Shown in pieces: positions 38,895 to 49,409 of a stretch of 64,000 nt of DNA. The stretch is from Akkermansiaceae bacterium (GTDB lineage Bacteria > Verrucomicrobiota > Verrucomicrobiia > Verrucomicrobiales > Akkermansiaceae). The stretch is from the NCBI GenBank assembly GCA_051251915.1, contig JBPOGF010000002.1:96001-160000 (forward strand), written 5' to 3'. Position 1 is the stretch's first letter, and every line of letters starts with the position of its first letter. A program made the position numbers and the translations under genes. The notes under the pieces were generated by a model. The model saw only the letters and a program-made list of their open reading frames with translations, did not search any database and had not been told where the DNA came from.

Positions 38895-40372
38895 TCTGCC
38901 ACCTCCACGATAAGGGTTTGATCGCGAACGGCGACTACTTGCACGGCACTTCCATTATCGATCACTCCTAAATCAGAACGTGCGTCGTAGCGGACACCCT
39001 CTATTTCCACTCGACCGCTCGGAAACATGTCGGTTATTGCCAAGCCACTTGAACCAGGAAGGGGCAGTAATGCTTCATGCTCTGCTGTAGTGGAACCTTT
39101 GACAGAATCTACGAGCACCATTTTGCCTTCCATCCATGAACCTTTAAAAAATCTGGAGAATATCAGTATTCCTACAAAGGCGATAGTTAAACCATAAATC
39201 AAGGTAACCATGGGCTCTAGCAACGCATCTGAAGAGATCACAACGCCTTCATCAGGCCAGATGTCGACCATGGACCATAATACGGAACCTAGCATCAGGA
39301 CAAGACCGCTCAATGCGAAGATGATCGTTCCTGGGAAAAAGAAAAGTTCGATAAATACCAGTAATATTCCAATCGCGAAAAAGAGTATAGGTTCGTTCCC
39401 TGCGAGGCCTGCGATATTTTGAATAATAAAGAACACTGCGATTAGCGCAAGACCACCAATGCCAAAGATACCGAAACCAGGGGTCTTGAATTCAAGGAAA
39501 AGTAGCAACAAGCCCAGGCCAATCAATCCTGGTGCGAAAACAAATGCCCACTTAGCAAATTTTTCAGAGTAGGTGATTTCAAAGTCTTTGATTACAAATT
39601 GATCTGTGCCAAAACGAGCTTCTAGTAGGGTGTCAATCGAGTCATAGATGCCGCTTCCTAGCAAATTACTAGAGTCGTCTCCGTAAGTATCGTGAGCTTG
39701 AGAAGCCGTGAGTGTGAGCACTTCCCCAGCAGGCTTTATAATAATATCGCCAATCTTCAGCTCGAAATCTGCATCCAACATAGCTCTGATGACATCAGAG
39801 CGATAAGGGTAATCCTCAGTCATTGAGCGAACATGAGCCCTGAGGTAGCTTTCAATCTTTAGACGTGCTGTTTCTGGAACATCTTGACCACCGCCTAGGA
39901 TCACTGCAGAGGCTCCCATTTTGCCCCTTGGCGCAAAGTAAATTTCTTGGGTAGCAGCAGCAATAAATGAGCCTGCTGAGATCGCGTCAGGATTGACATA
40001 GGTCGCAGTGATTCCGTCAAATTTATCCAACATTTCCATCATTTCTATGCAGTATTCAACTCCTCCGCCAGGAGTATCCATGTCAAGAATGACCATATCA
40101 ACGTCGTTTTCAATAGCCTCTTTCAAGCCACGACGCAGGATAAAAAGATTCGGCTTATCAATTGGTCCTTCAATGGGGATTACATAGACAGATTTTTTTG
40201 CAACCGATTCAGAAGGGATTGAAGGCTCAGCAGTTGCTGACTCTTGGCTAAAGCTGAGCAGTGAAGTGAGTATCAAGCATAGTGACAAGATACTTAACAA
40301 GCTCGGGGAGGATGCCGCAGGCAATGTATAGCCAGTAGAAGGGTGCTTCTTAATTGACATGATAGAGGGCAT
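38891..40372 (-). CDS. Long NfeD membrane serine protease (YqeZ-like)
   Basis: DTPGG, AISAG, EFKTPGFG, C-terminal NfeD domain. Confidence 0.9.
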   Translation of the reverse strand: MPSIMSIKKHPSTGYTLPAASSPSLLSILSLCLILTSLLSFSQESATAEPSIPSESVAKKSVYVIPIEGPIDKPNLFILRRGLKEAIENDVDMVILDMDTPGGGVEYCIEMMEMLDKFDGITATYVNPDAISAGSFIAAATQEIYFAPRGKMGASAVILGGGQDVPETARLKIESYLRAHVRSMTEDYPYRSDVIRAMLDADFELKIGDIIIKPAGEVLTLTASQAHDTYGDDSSNLLGSGIYDSIDTLLEARFGTDQFVIKDFEITYSEKFAKWAFVFAPGLIGLGLLLLFLEFKTPGFGIFGIGGLALIAVFFIIQNIAGLAGNEPILFFAIGILLVFIELFFFPGTIIFALSGLVLMLGSVLWSMVDIWPDEGVVISSDALLEPMVTLIYGLTIAFVGILIFSRFFKGSWMEGKMVLVDSVKGSTTAEHEALLPLPGSSGLAITDMFPSGRVEIEGVRYDARSDLGVIDNGSAVQVVAVRDQTLIVEVAE

Positions 40373-40663
40373 TAGATCGGGTTTGAAAAGAGATGCTGTG
40401 GTGAAAAGATGAATGAGATAAATACCATTTCATACTAACGACGGATTACTCCCAAGCAAGGGGAAATAGTAAAAATCAACTACTATTTGATGGGTATTAG
40501 GCGTTATGATCTTTTCGCTTTTCCCTTGTCAGACCGTTACGCACCCGTCAGTGTATCATTATTTCCTTCCGCAATAGCCTTGCTCCATCGTCCCTCGATC
40601 ACCTCAACAATGTCCACAGGGGCACTTCGCAATAAGTAGATACCTAACAATAACATCAAAGAT

Positions 40664-41155
40664 ATGAAAAATTTAATTTGGCTTCCGTGCCTATTCCTAG
40701 TTTCCGCTTGCGGCGAAGAAAAGAGCGCAACGGGCGAAACACTTACTGAATCTGAACCTGCTGTGGTAGAGGTGATGCCTGCTCCTGAGGAGGCTACACC
40801 CGTCGCTCGAGACGCGGGACTACCTTGGGACATCCCGACCATACCCAATGCGCGAGTCATCCATAGCAGTTCAACATTCTCCAAAACCACGGTACGACGT
40901 GGCGGTGAATCCACCGCTTTAATTGCTTTCAAAGGTTCCGCTGCAGAGATTGTTGACTTTTATGAGCAAGCGCTTCCTGAGCTTGGCTTCGAGATCACCC
41001 ACAGCCGTGATCTTGATGAGAAAAGCTCAAGGTTAAATGCGACGCATGCTGATGGCAGACAGTTTCAGGTCTTTGCAAACCGCGGAGGATCGAAGGCCAA
41101 AGATGGAGAGAGCTCTGCCTCACTTGTCGCGACTAAAGCAAAATTGGAGGAATAA
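40664..41155 (+). CDS. Hypothetical lipoprotein
   Basis: LVSAC lipobox, 163 aa. Confidence 0.7.
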   Translation: MKNLIWLPCLFLVSACGEEKSATGETLTESEPAVVEVMPAPEEATPVARDAGLPWDIPTIPNARVIHSSSTFSKTTVRRGGESTALIAFKGSAAEIVDFYEQALPELGFEITHSRDLDEKSSRLNATHADGRQFQVFANRGGSKAKDGESSASLVATKAKLEE

Positions 41156-41290
41156 GAGCGGCGACCTTCGAATATGATAAATATCCGAGCAACTGTATTC
41201 GTAAGGTTTCATAAGGAGCAGCTCTTGAACCGTTAATTTTTTATTTATCTGACTACTTATATTTTACTCAGAAATCAAATTCTTAGCAGC

Positions 41291-42448
41291 ATGATACAAA
41301 GACTCTTTAATCTAACAGTGGCTTCTTTCGCCGTTTTACTGCTTTGCCCAACGATCATGGCAGAGCCTTCCCAGCCCAAGCCCTTCGTTCATCCTGGGAT
41401 GCTGCACAGTAATGCTGAGCTGACTTTCATCAAAGGGAAAATCGCTTCCGAAGAAGAGCCGTGGAAGTCTGCATGGGAACAATTGAGCTCCGCTAAAGTG
41501 GCCTCACTCAACCACAGCCTAAGTGCTACCGCCAATGTCGTGCGAGGAGCCAGAAACAGACCTGATATCGGTAGCTCGGACATGTCAAGCGATGCAGCTG
41601 CTGCCTATGCTCATGCGCTTCAATGGAGCCTTACCGGTGAACAGGCCCACGCGTCAAAAGCGATTGAAATCCTGAACGCGTGGTCAGGTAGCTTAAAATC
41701 GGTAGGCGGGCACGACGCCAAATTACTCATTGGTATGGATGGCATCTCCTTCTGCAATGCCGCGGAACTCATCCGCCACACTAGCGATCAATGGAAGGCG
41801 GCTGATCAAAAACAATTTGAACAAATGCTGAGGCAAGTATTTTATCCTGTTATCAAAGATTTCTACCCAACCGCGAACGGAAATTGGGACGCCTCAATGA
41901 TTCAGACAATGATCGCCATGGGTATTTTCCTAGATGACCGTGCGATGTTCGAGCAAGCCACGACTTATTTCCGATCCGGCAACGGAAACGGAGCCATTAC
42001 CAATTATCTCAATGAGTTTGGCGAATGCCAGGAAAGTGGTCGCGACCAACTCCACACCCAAATGGGTCTAGGCTACCTCAGCTGCGCCAGCGAGATGGCC
42101 TGGAAGCAAGGAGTCGACCTCTACTCCGAAGCTGATAGTCGCTTGGCCAAAGGATTCGAATACACCGCCAAATACAATCTTGGTGAAGACGTTCCTTTCG
42201 AGCCATTTCGGAGTGTCGATGGCCGTTATCATTACAATAAGATTTCGAAAAACTCCCGCGGGCGCTTCCGTCCCATTTATGAACGAACCTTACATCACTA
42301 TCAAGATCGTATGGGGCTTAAGATGCCCTACAGCCAGAAAGTGGCTAAAACCAAACGTCCCGAAGCCCCCCACGGTCAGCACATCTCATGGGGGACATTA
42401 ATGTATTACGGATTACCGCGCGACCTGCATCCTCTAAAGGCAAAGTAG
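41291..42448 (+). CDS. Alginate lyase family (alpha/alpha toroid) secreted protein
   Basis: FVHPGMLH, AIEILNAW, NGNWD, GECQESGRDQ.H, GFEYTAKYN. Confidence 0.85.
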   Translation: MIQRLFNLTVASFAVLLLCPTIMAEPSQPKPFVHPGMLHSNAELTFIKGKIASEEEPWKSAWEQLSSAKVASLNHSLSATANVVRGARNRPDIGSSDMSSDAAAAYAHALQWSLTGEQAHASKAIEILNAWSGSLKSVGGHDAKLLIGMDGISFCNAAELIRHTSDQWKAADQKQFEQMLRQVFYPVIKDFYPTANGNWDASMIQTMIAMGIFLDDRAMFEQATTYFRSGNGNGAITNYLNEFGECQESGRDQLHTQMGLGYLSCASEMAWKQGVDLYSEADSRLAKGFEYTAKYNLGEDVPFEPFRSVDGRYHYNKISKNSRGRFRPIYERTLHHYQDRMGLKMPYSQKVAKTKRPEAPHGQHISWGTLMYYGLPRDLHPLKAK

Positions 42449-42592
42449 AGTATACATTATTTGTCTGACGACCTGAGAAATGGATAGTTATTTGAGTTTT
42501 TGTTTTATGAGGGGGTTATCTAGTATCTATTTTTTTGACAGAGTGTTCGGATCTATTTTAACTGTATGAGTTAAATATTTACAAATAGCAGA

Positions 42593-45502
42593 TTGATGAA
42601 AACTTTACTTATTGGATGGGACGCTGCCGATTGGCGCGCAATTACACCGCTCTTGGATGAGGGTAAGATGCCGAACCTTCAGCGTCTTATGAATGAGGGG
42701 GTATCTGGGAATATTACAACTCTCAATCCGATTCTTAGTCCGATGTTGTGGAGTAGTATTGCTACTGGTAAACGGCCTTATAAGCATGGGGTGCACGGTT
42801 TCTCTGAACCTGATCCTGTGAGCGGTGCGATTCGACCAGTGACGAATTTGAGCCGTAAGTGTAAGGCAATTTGGAATATTTTAAACCAGAGTGAGAAGGA
42901 TACGATTACTGTAGGTTGGTGGCCGTCTAATCCAGCGGAGCCTCTTTCTAGAGGTGTGATGGTTTCTAATGATTATCAGCGGACTAGCGTTAGTAAGCGT
43001 GAGGGCTGGTTGATGCCGAATGGGACGGTGCATCCGGAGCGGCTGGTTGAAAATTTAAAGGAGATCCGATTCCATCCAGAGGAGCTAAATTCTGCGGATT
43101 TTGCACATTTTATTCCTGCTATGAAGGATATGAGCGAGGAGGAGTTGCGGAAGTTAGAGAAGGATCCGAGGTTACAGTCACTCGGTAAGATTATTGCGGA
43201 TTGCACGAGTATTCATGCTGCTGCGACTGCGCTGATGCAGAATGAGCCTTGGGATCTGATGAGTGTCTATTATGATGCGATTGATCACTTTGGCCATGCG
43301 TTTATGAAGTATCATCCTCCGCAGCGTGCGAATATTGAAGACTGGGATTATAAGGTGTTTCATTATATAGTGGAGGCTGGGTATATTTACCATGATATGT
43401 TGTTAGGGACGTTGATGCAACTGGCTGGTGAGGGTACGAATATTATTCTTATTTCTGATCACGGGTTTCATCCGGATGCGCATCGCTTAGATTCGATTCC
43501 TAACGAGCCTGCTGGTCCTGCTGCTGAGCATAGGAGCTTGGGGGTTTTTATAGGGGCTGGGCCACAGTTTAAGGTGGGTGAGAAGATCTATGGAGCTAAT
43601 CTGTTAGATATTTGCCCTACGTTGTTACATTGTTTTGGGTTGCCAATTGGGAATGATATGGATGGTAAGGTGCTGATGAGCTTGTTTAAGGATAATACTG
43701 AGGTGAAGAGCATTTCTAGCTGGGAAGATGTGGCTGGTGATGATGGGATGCACTCGCCAGATCGGACGATTTCTCCAGAGGATTCTAAAGCGGCAATTGA
43801 TCAGTTGGTTGCTCTTGGATACATTGAGGAGCCGAATGCGGATAAATCTATGGCGTTAGAGCAGACTGTGCGAGAGCTGGATTATAATTTAGCGCAGGCT
43901 TATATGGATGGTGGCATTTTCAGTGAGGCGCTGATCATTTTAGAGCGGCTGTATGAGAAATGGCCGATGGAGTATCGCTTTGGGATTAAGCTCTCCTATT
44001 GTTATCTAGCATTTCACAGGTATAAAGATCAAAAGGATATCATTACGGGTGTAATTGCGTCTAGGGTGAAGGTTGCTGAAGAGGCATTTGCTGAACTTAA
44101 GCGATTGAAGCTCGATTCTGAGGAGGGGGCTAAGGCATACCGAGAAAGTGTGGATGCTATGGAGGATAAAGAGCAGAGAGCTCATGTTAAGAAGCACAAA
44201 GATCTGCTTAGTAATGCGAGACCAAATCTGTATGCTCTGCATTCTTTAGAGGCTACTGCTGACTTTGCTTCTGGTAATTATGCTGAGGCATTAGAGAAGT
44301 TAGAAACATTAAGTAAACATCATGGTGAGCGCTTGGATGGACTTATCTTGAAAGGAAATATTTTGGCTAGGATGCGCCGATTTGATAAAGCAGAGAGATT
44401 TTATAGGGAGGGTCTGGGACTGGATTCAGAGTCTGCTGCTTGTTTTAGTGGGTTGGGGAGAGTGGCGATGGCCAGGAAGGATTTTGAGTCAGCAGTTAGT
44501 TACTTACAACAGTCCCTGGAGATTTCGTTTTCTAATCCTAGGGGGCATTATATGTTAGGTGTGGCTCATCTGAGATTACACGATAATGATACTGCGGAGG
44601 CTTGTTTTAAGGTGAGTTTGAATCAGGCTCCGTTGAATCCAGCTGCTTGGAGAGGGCTGGTGCAGATAGCTCAGTATCACAGGAGGGATCCTCATCAGAC
44701 GGTATTTTTCAAGGAGCAGGTAAAGGAGTCTCGGAAGCGGTTGAAGCATATGGCTCATAAGAAGTATAGACAAGCTAATGCTGCGGCTACGAAGGACGAT
44801 GAGAGGCAGCCTATGCCTGAGCTTTCTTTTGATACGAGTAAGCTTGAGGGCGTGGGTGAGGAGAATATCATTACGATAGTGTCTGGGTTACCACGCTCCG
44901 GGACGTCTCTTATGATGCAAATGTTAGAGGCTGCTGGGGTTGGTGTATTTCAGGATGGGAAACGGAAGGCTGATGATTCTAATCAGAAGGGCTATTATGA
45001 GCATGAGAGTGTGATGCATCTGCTGACTGCTAAGCCGGTGGAGAAGGGATGGGTGGCTAAGTCTAAGGGGCAGGCTCTGAAGGTAGTAGCTCCGTTGTTG
45101 AGTTCGCTTCCTATTTATGATCAGTTTCAGAATATTAAGAAGGCGGGCTATATGGGTGCTGAGAAGGATGCTGTGAGGCTGAATTATCGTGTTGTCTTCA
45201 TGGAGCGACCGATGGAGCAGGTGCTGCTTTCTCAGAGTAGTATGCTGGTTAAGTTAGGTAAGGAGGCACCGAAGGGGGATCCTACGCAGGGTTATCGTCA
45301 ACAGGTGAGGGCGGCTAAGGCTTGGTTGTTAACAAGGAATATTCCAGCGATGAGTGTGGATTATCCTACGCTGGTGAAGTCTCCTGATTCATTACTTACG
45401 GAGTTGGTGGCATTTTTAGGGTGTCCTGAGAAGGTAGAAGAAATGCGTGAAGTTATAGATCCGAAGCTTCATAGGCAGAGAAGTCGTAGTTCAGCTTCAT
45501 GA
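42593..45502 (+). CDS. Alkaline phosphatase/phosphodiesterase + TPR + sulfotransferase multidomain protein
   Basis: IGWDAADW, LSPMLWSSIATG, DHFGH, SDHGF, LVALGY; central TPR helices; IVSGLPRSGTSLMMQML PAPS-binding loop. Confidence 0.88.
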   Translation: MMKTLLIGWDAADWRAITPLLDEGKMPNLQRLMNEGVSGNITTLNPILSPMLWSSIATGKRPYKHGVHGFSEPDPVSGAIRPVTNLSRKCKAIWNILNQSEKDTITVGWWPSNPAEPLSRGVMVSNDYQRTSVSKREGWLMPNGTVHPERLVENLKEIRFHPEELNSADFAHFIPAMKDMSEEELRKLEKDPRLQSLGKIIADCTSIHAAATALMQNEPWDLMSVYYDAIDHFGHAFMKYHPPQRANIEDWDYKVFHYIVEAGYIYHDMLLGTLMQLAGEGTNIILISDHGFHPDAHRLDSIPNEPAGPAAEHRSLGVFIGAGPQFKVGEKIYGANLLDICPTLLHCFGLPIGNDMDGKVLMSLFKDNTEVKSISSWEDVAGDDGMHSPDRTISPEDSKAAIDQLVALGYIEEPNADKSMALEQTVRELDYNLAQAYMDGGIFSEALIILERLYEKWPMEYRFGIKLSYCYLAFHRYKDQKDIITGVIASRVKVAEEAFAELKRLKLDSEEGAKAYRESVDAMEDKEQRAHVKKHKDLLSNARPNLYALHSLEATADFASGNYAEALEKLETLSKHHGERLDGLILKGNILARMRRFDKAERFYREGLGLDSESAACFSGLGRVAMARKDFESAVSYLQQSLEISFSNPRGHYMLGVAHLRLHDNDTAEACFKVSLNQAPLNPAAWRGLVQIAQYHRRDPHQTVFFKEQVKESRKRLKHMAHKKYRQANAAATKDDERQPMPELSFDTSKLEGVGEENIITIVSGLPRSGTSLMMQMLEAAGVGVFQDGKRKADDSNQKGYYEHESVMHLLTAKPVEKGWVAKSKGQALKVVAPLLSSLPIYDQFQNIKKAGYMGAEKDAVRLNYRVVFMERPMEQVLLSQSSMLVKLGKEAPKGDPTQGYRQQVRAAKAWLLTRNIPAMSVDYPTLVKSPDSLLTELVAFLGCPEKVEEMREVIDPKLHRQRSRSSAS

Positions 45503-45643
45503 TGCTCTTATGTATGTGGATAGTTAGATATACTAGTTTTCATGAAGCCGAGCCTAGAAGAAAAATAACTTAATTTATTTAGAGCATATTATTATTCAGT
45601 ATTGACTTGATGATGATATCTATGAATATGTATAGCGAACATT

Positions 45644-46270
45644 ATGAAGTATAAAATAAATCGACCAGCACAGTGGATAGGGACAGGAGCAATAGTACTT
45701 ACTTCAGCTTCAGCGTCTAATGCGGCATTAATGAGAATAGGACTAGGAAATACTGATTTTACGCAGAGTCTTGATGGATCAAACCTATTTGCGGGGATAA
45801 GTGATGCTGGTCAATGGGGGTCTGGTTCAAATACATCACAGTTCGCCAATGTGGTTTTCGAGCAAGCGGGAAATAGAGCGTTTGTGTTAAGCAATAATGT
45901 GAGTGCTACATCTGGTGGAAGTTTTTATATACAATTGGGTACTTCAACGAGTGGTTTCGCGACTAGTTCTTTTCTGACTCCAGGGGTGGCTGTAGGGCTC
46001 ATTGCTTGGGATTTATCTGACGGGACGCGAGGTTTTCTCCGTGTGCAAAGTGATGGAACAGATTTGGTTGCTACTCATTTTGTTTTTGATGATGAATTTA
46101 GTGATGCACGTCCAGAATTGAGTGTTGGTGGAAATGGGACTCAATTTGATGGCGCTACAGAGTTTACTGGCTCACTAGTTCCTGAGCCTTCATCGGTGGC
46201 TCTTCTTGCCCTCGGCGCGGCTGGCGTGATGGCTAGGCGTAGACGCGAGAGCAGTGAGAGGGTGGCTTGA
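45644..46270 (+). CDS. PEP-CTERM sorting domain protein
   Basis: ASNAA signal cleavage; VPEPSS-TM-RRRR. Confidence 0.92.
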   Translation: MKYKINRPAQWIGTGAIVLTSASASNAALMRIGLGNTDFTQSLDGSNLFAGISDAGQWGSGSNTSQFANVVFEQAGNRAFVLSNNVSATSGGSFYIQLGTSTSGFATSSFLTPGVAVGLIAWDLSDGTRGFLRVQSDGTDLVATHFVFDDEFSDARPELSVGGNGTQFDGATEFTGSLVPEPSSVALLALGAAGVMARRRRESSERVA

Positions 46271-46390
46271 TCCTGCTGAATCTTAGAGGAGTTAATGATT
46301 TATAGTCCTCTTATTTATTACTAAGCTTACGGCTAGGTTTTCTTGGCTGTGGCCTGATATATTGTTTCCTTGTTGTTGCTTACCGGGAAG

Positions 46391-46535
46391 TCGTATGAGG
46401 CTTAAGATGCCCTACAGCCTGAAAGTAGCTAAAACCAAACGTCCCGAAGCCCCACACGGCCAGCACATCTCATGGGGGCACATTGATGTATTACGGAATA
46501 CCGCGCGACTTGCATTCTCCAAAGGCAAAGTAGAG
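46391..46535 (+). repeat. Frameshifted duplicate of the 3' end of the alginate-lyase-like gene (42307-42450)
   Basis: Manual alignment gives 10 substitutions and one 1-bp insertion over ~144 bp; includes the same AAAGGCAAAGTAGAG stop context. Confidence 0.95.
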
Positions 46536-46588
46536 CGTCTCTTCAACCCTTTGCTTTCTTTAATACTTTTACGATCATTTTCTCTAAT

Positions 46589-49231
46589 TTGATAGTGCTT
46601 TGGAAATTGATTTTACAGAATGAGCTTATTTTTGTAGTTTCTGGGATGCGTAATCGTATTTTTAAAATCCCCCAGTTAACTATGAGCTTGGTCTTTGTGG
46701 GCGCTGGGCTCATTCAGGCGGATCCAGGTGATAAAGTTTATCAGCAGGGTTATTTTTCAAAAGAAGACTCTCTTAAATCGATAGAACTCCAGGATGGGTA
46801 TAGTCTACAGCTTGTGTTGAGTGATCCACAGGTAGAGGAGCCAGTGATGGTGACTTGGGATGGAAATGGCGCAATGTATGTGGTGCAGATGAATACTTAC
46901 ATGCAAACCCTTAGTGCCAAGGGCGAGAAAGATGCTAAAAGTAGAATCACCCGACATGTGGACACGAATGGTGACGGGGTGTATGATCAGTTCAGTATTT
47001 ATGCTGATAACCTTGTCCTACCAAGATTTGTGCTTCCGCTAGATGATCGTGTGATTGTAGGAATCACTGATACACTTGATTTATGGACTTACAGGGATAT
47101 CGATAATGACGGAGTTGCTGACGAGAAAATAAAGATTTACGAAGGTGGCAGACGTGGAGGAAACATGGAGCACCAACCGAGTGGACTGATCTGGGGTTTA
47201 GATAACTGGATGTATCTGACTTACGAAAATATTCGTTATCGATTTACTGAGGGCAAAATGGAGACTCAAAAACTGCCTCGCGGAAGTGGGCAGTGGGGCA
47301 TAGCTCAGGATGACTGGGGACGTTTATATTTCTCAGATGCCGGTGGTGAAAAGCCTGCGATCGACTATCAGCAACCATTCGTATACGGTTCACTGAGGCT
47401 CAAAGGAGAGCAAGAAAAGGACTTTGGAACCGTGTATCCTATCTCCCAAATTCCTGATGTGCAGGGTGGCCCAAAAAGAGTGGGTAAAAATGGAGGATTG
47501 AATCATTTCACTGGTGGTGGAGGTCAGTCTATCTACAGAGGTGATCGCTTACCTAAGGACTTGTATGGTGATCTCATTTTGAATGAGCCGGTGGGCAGAT
47601 TGGTGCGTCGTGCCAAGATATCACGCGAAGATGGAATGAGTGTTTTGAGTAATGCTTATCCAGGATCTGAGTTCATGCGCTCACGTGATGTAAATTTCCG
47701 CCCAATATGGTCTGCGACTACCCCTAGAGGGCAGATGATGTTCGTAGATATGCATCACGGGATTATACAACAGGCGAATTGGACTAAGAAAGGGAGTTAT
47801 TTGAGAGGAGTCATTGAGAAATGGGGACTTCAAAATAATATAGGCAAAGGAAGAGTGTATAGACTTGTGCATAAGGACTTCAAAGCTGGACCTCAACCTA
47901 AGATGCTAGATGAAACCACGAAAGAACTAGTGGCTCATTTAGATCATCCTAATGGCTGGTGGAGAGACATGGCTCAGAGACTGATCATTCTTAGAGAAGA
48001 TCGAGATTCAGTGATTCCTGATTTGGAGAAAATGGCTCGTGAAAACCCTTCTGAATATGGGCGTCTACACGCACTATGGACACTTGAAGGTATGGGAGCA
48101 GTGAAGGCCTCGGTCGTTGTTAATGCTCTGAGAGACAGATCATCAATGGTCAGAACTTCTGCGATTCGAGTTGCTGAGCCATTCTTGGCGGAAGGAAATT
48201 CAGAATTAGTAACGCTTCTTAAAAAGCCGTTTCCTAAGGACATTGAGATGGTGTTACAGATGTTGAATTCTCTTGCCGCTAGTGGTGCTAAAGATCCGGT
48301 GTTAGTAAAGCTGGGGGAGAAGTTAGAAAATGATTACAGGAAATCACCTGTAGTGAGCGAGCTGATCAAAGCGCGTGATGTGCTTGCTGCAGAAGTAGCC
48401 AGAGCCGCGCACCAAAAGGAGAAGGGAGCGAAGTTCTCAAAATCTATGGAGCATGGTAAAACTATTTACCAACAGCTTTGCTTTTCATGTCATGGAGAGA
48501 ATGGTGAAGGTGCAGAGATGCAGGGAGCTGATGGTCAGCGTTTGGCTCCTCCGTTCAAAAAATCTGAGCGAGTTTTGGGGTCTGGTCAGTCAGGTATCCG
48601 CGTGCTTCTGCATGGTCTAGAAGGACCAATTGAAGGAGAGAAATACATTGGGAACATGGTAGCTATGGCGAACAATGATGACCAATGGGTTGCCGACGTT
48701 TTAACTTATATTAGAAATAGTTTTGGAAATGATGCTCCTATGATTGACCCAGCTACTGTGGCTAAACTTCGTAAAAAGCACGCGAGTAAAAAAACTCCAT
48801 GGACTGTTGAGACTTTGAAAGAAGCTGAACCTCAAAAGCTGACTTACGATAGAAAGTGGAAGCTTAGCGCAAGTCACAATGAAAGTTCTCTGAAGAACGC
48901 ATTTGACGGTGATTCTGGTAGTAAGTATTCCACGGATGCCAGAATGGTTGATGGCATGTGGGTTCAGGTTGAACTTCCTGAGTTAACTGAAATCAGCTCT
49001 ATTATTTTAGATAGCAGAGAACTGAAGGATGACTATCCGAGCTCATACATTTTAGAAGTTTCTAAAGATGGTAAAAACTGGGGTAAACCGCTAGCCGCTG
49101 GTGAGGGTAAGAGCTACCTCCAAATGACTTTTGCTCCTGTAGAAGCCAAATACATCCGAATCACTCAGAACGGTAAGAAACGTTATTTCTGGGCTATCGG
49201 TGAAATGGAGATCCTTGCAGAAAGTGATTAG
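46589..49231 (+). CDS. PVC-type beta-propeller dehydrogenase-like protein with HEAT repeats, cytochrome c and discoidin domain
   Basis: DTNGDG..D, WGLDNW, GRVYR, HPNGWWRD.AQR, RLHALWTL, CFSCH heme motif, F5/8-type C-terminus; true start probably further downstream (e.g. 46646). Confidence 0.88.
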   Translation: MIVLWKLILQNELIFVVSGMRNRIFKIPQLTMSLVFVGAGLIQADPGDKVYQQGYFSKEDSLKSIELQDGYSLQLVLSDPQVEEPVMVTWDGNGAMYVVQMNTYMQTLSAKGEKDAKSRITRHVDTNGDGVYDQFSIYADNLVLPRFVLPLDDRVIVGITDTLDLWTYRDIDNDGVADEKIKIYEGGRRGGNMEHQPSGLIWGLDNWMYLTYENIRYRFTEGKMETQKLPRGSGQWGIAQDDWGRLYFSDAGGEKPAIDYQQPFVYGSLRLKGEQEKDFGTVYPISQIPDVQGGPKRVGKNGGLNHFTGGGGQSIYRGDRLPKDLYGDLILNEPVGRLVRRAKISREDGMSVLSNAYPGSEFMRSRDVNFRPIWSATTPRGQMMFVDMHHGIIQQANWTKKGSYLRGVIEKWGLQNNIGKGRVYRLVHKDFKAGPQPKMLDETTKELVAHLDHPNGWWRDMAQRLIILREDRDSVIPDLEKMARENPSEYGRLHALWTLEGMGAVKASVVVNALRDRSSMVRTSAIRVAEPFLAEGNSELVTLLKKPFPKDIEMVLQMLNSLAASGAKDPVLVKLGEKLENDYRKSPVVSELIKARDVLAAEVARAAHQKEKGAKFSKSMEHGKTIYQQLCFSCHGENGEGAEMQGADGQRLAPPFKKSERVLGSGQSGIRVLLHGLEGPIEGEKYIGNMVAMANNDDQWVADVLTYIRNSFGNDAPMIDPATVAKLRKKHASKKTPWTVETLKEAEPQKLTYDRKWKLSASHNESSLKNAFDGDSGSKYSTDARMVDGMWVQVELPELTEISSIILDSRELKDDYPSSYILEVSKDGKNWGKPLAAGEGKSYLQMTFAPVEAKYIRITQNGKKRYFWAIGEMEILAESD

Positions 49232-49257
49232 TTAGACTTCCGTTAAAGAATCATTAC

Positions 49258-49293
49258 AAAGCCATTTACATTGTTGAATGTAGATGGCTTTTT
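49258..49293. terminator. Intrinsic terminator
   Basis: aaagccatttacatt-gttg-aatgtagatggcttttt. Confidence 0.75.
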
Positions 49294-49409
49294 GCTTTTT
49301 CGATCTCGTACTACCTTGGGAGAATGGCTAATGATAGAAAGGGGTTCATTTCTTTCCCGCTCTCCCAAATCTCCTTCACGGATAAATTTCTGACAAAGTT
49401 AGGTATTGG

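Noticed and set aside
40537..40932. 131-aa minus-strand ORF or possible orphan 3' end
   Set aside because: Mostly antisense to a lipoprotein gene; the non-overlapping tail has no recognisable family
46362..46592. 76-aa ORF
   Set aside because: It is the frameshifted duplicate of the lyase 3' end, not an independent gene
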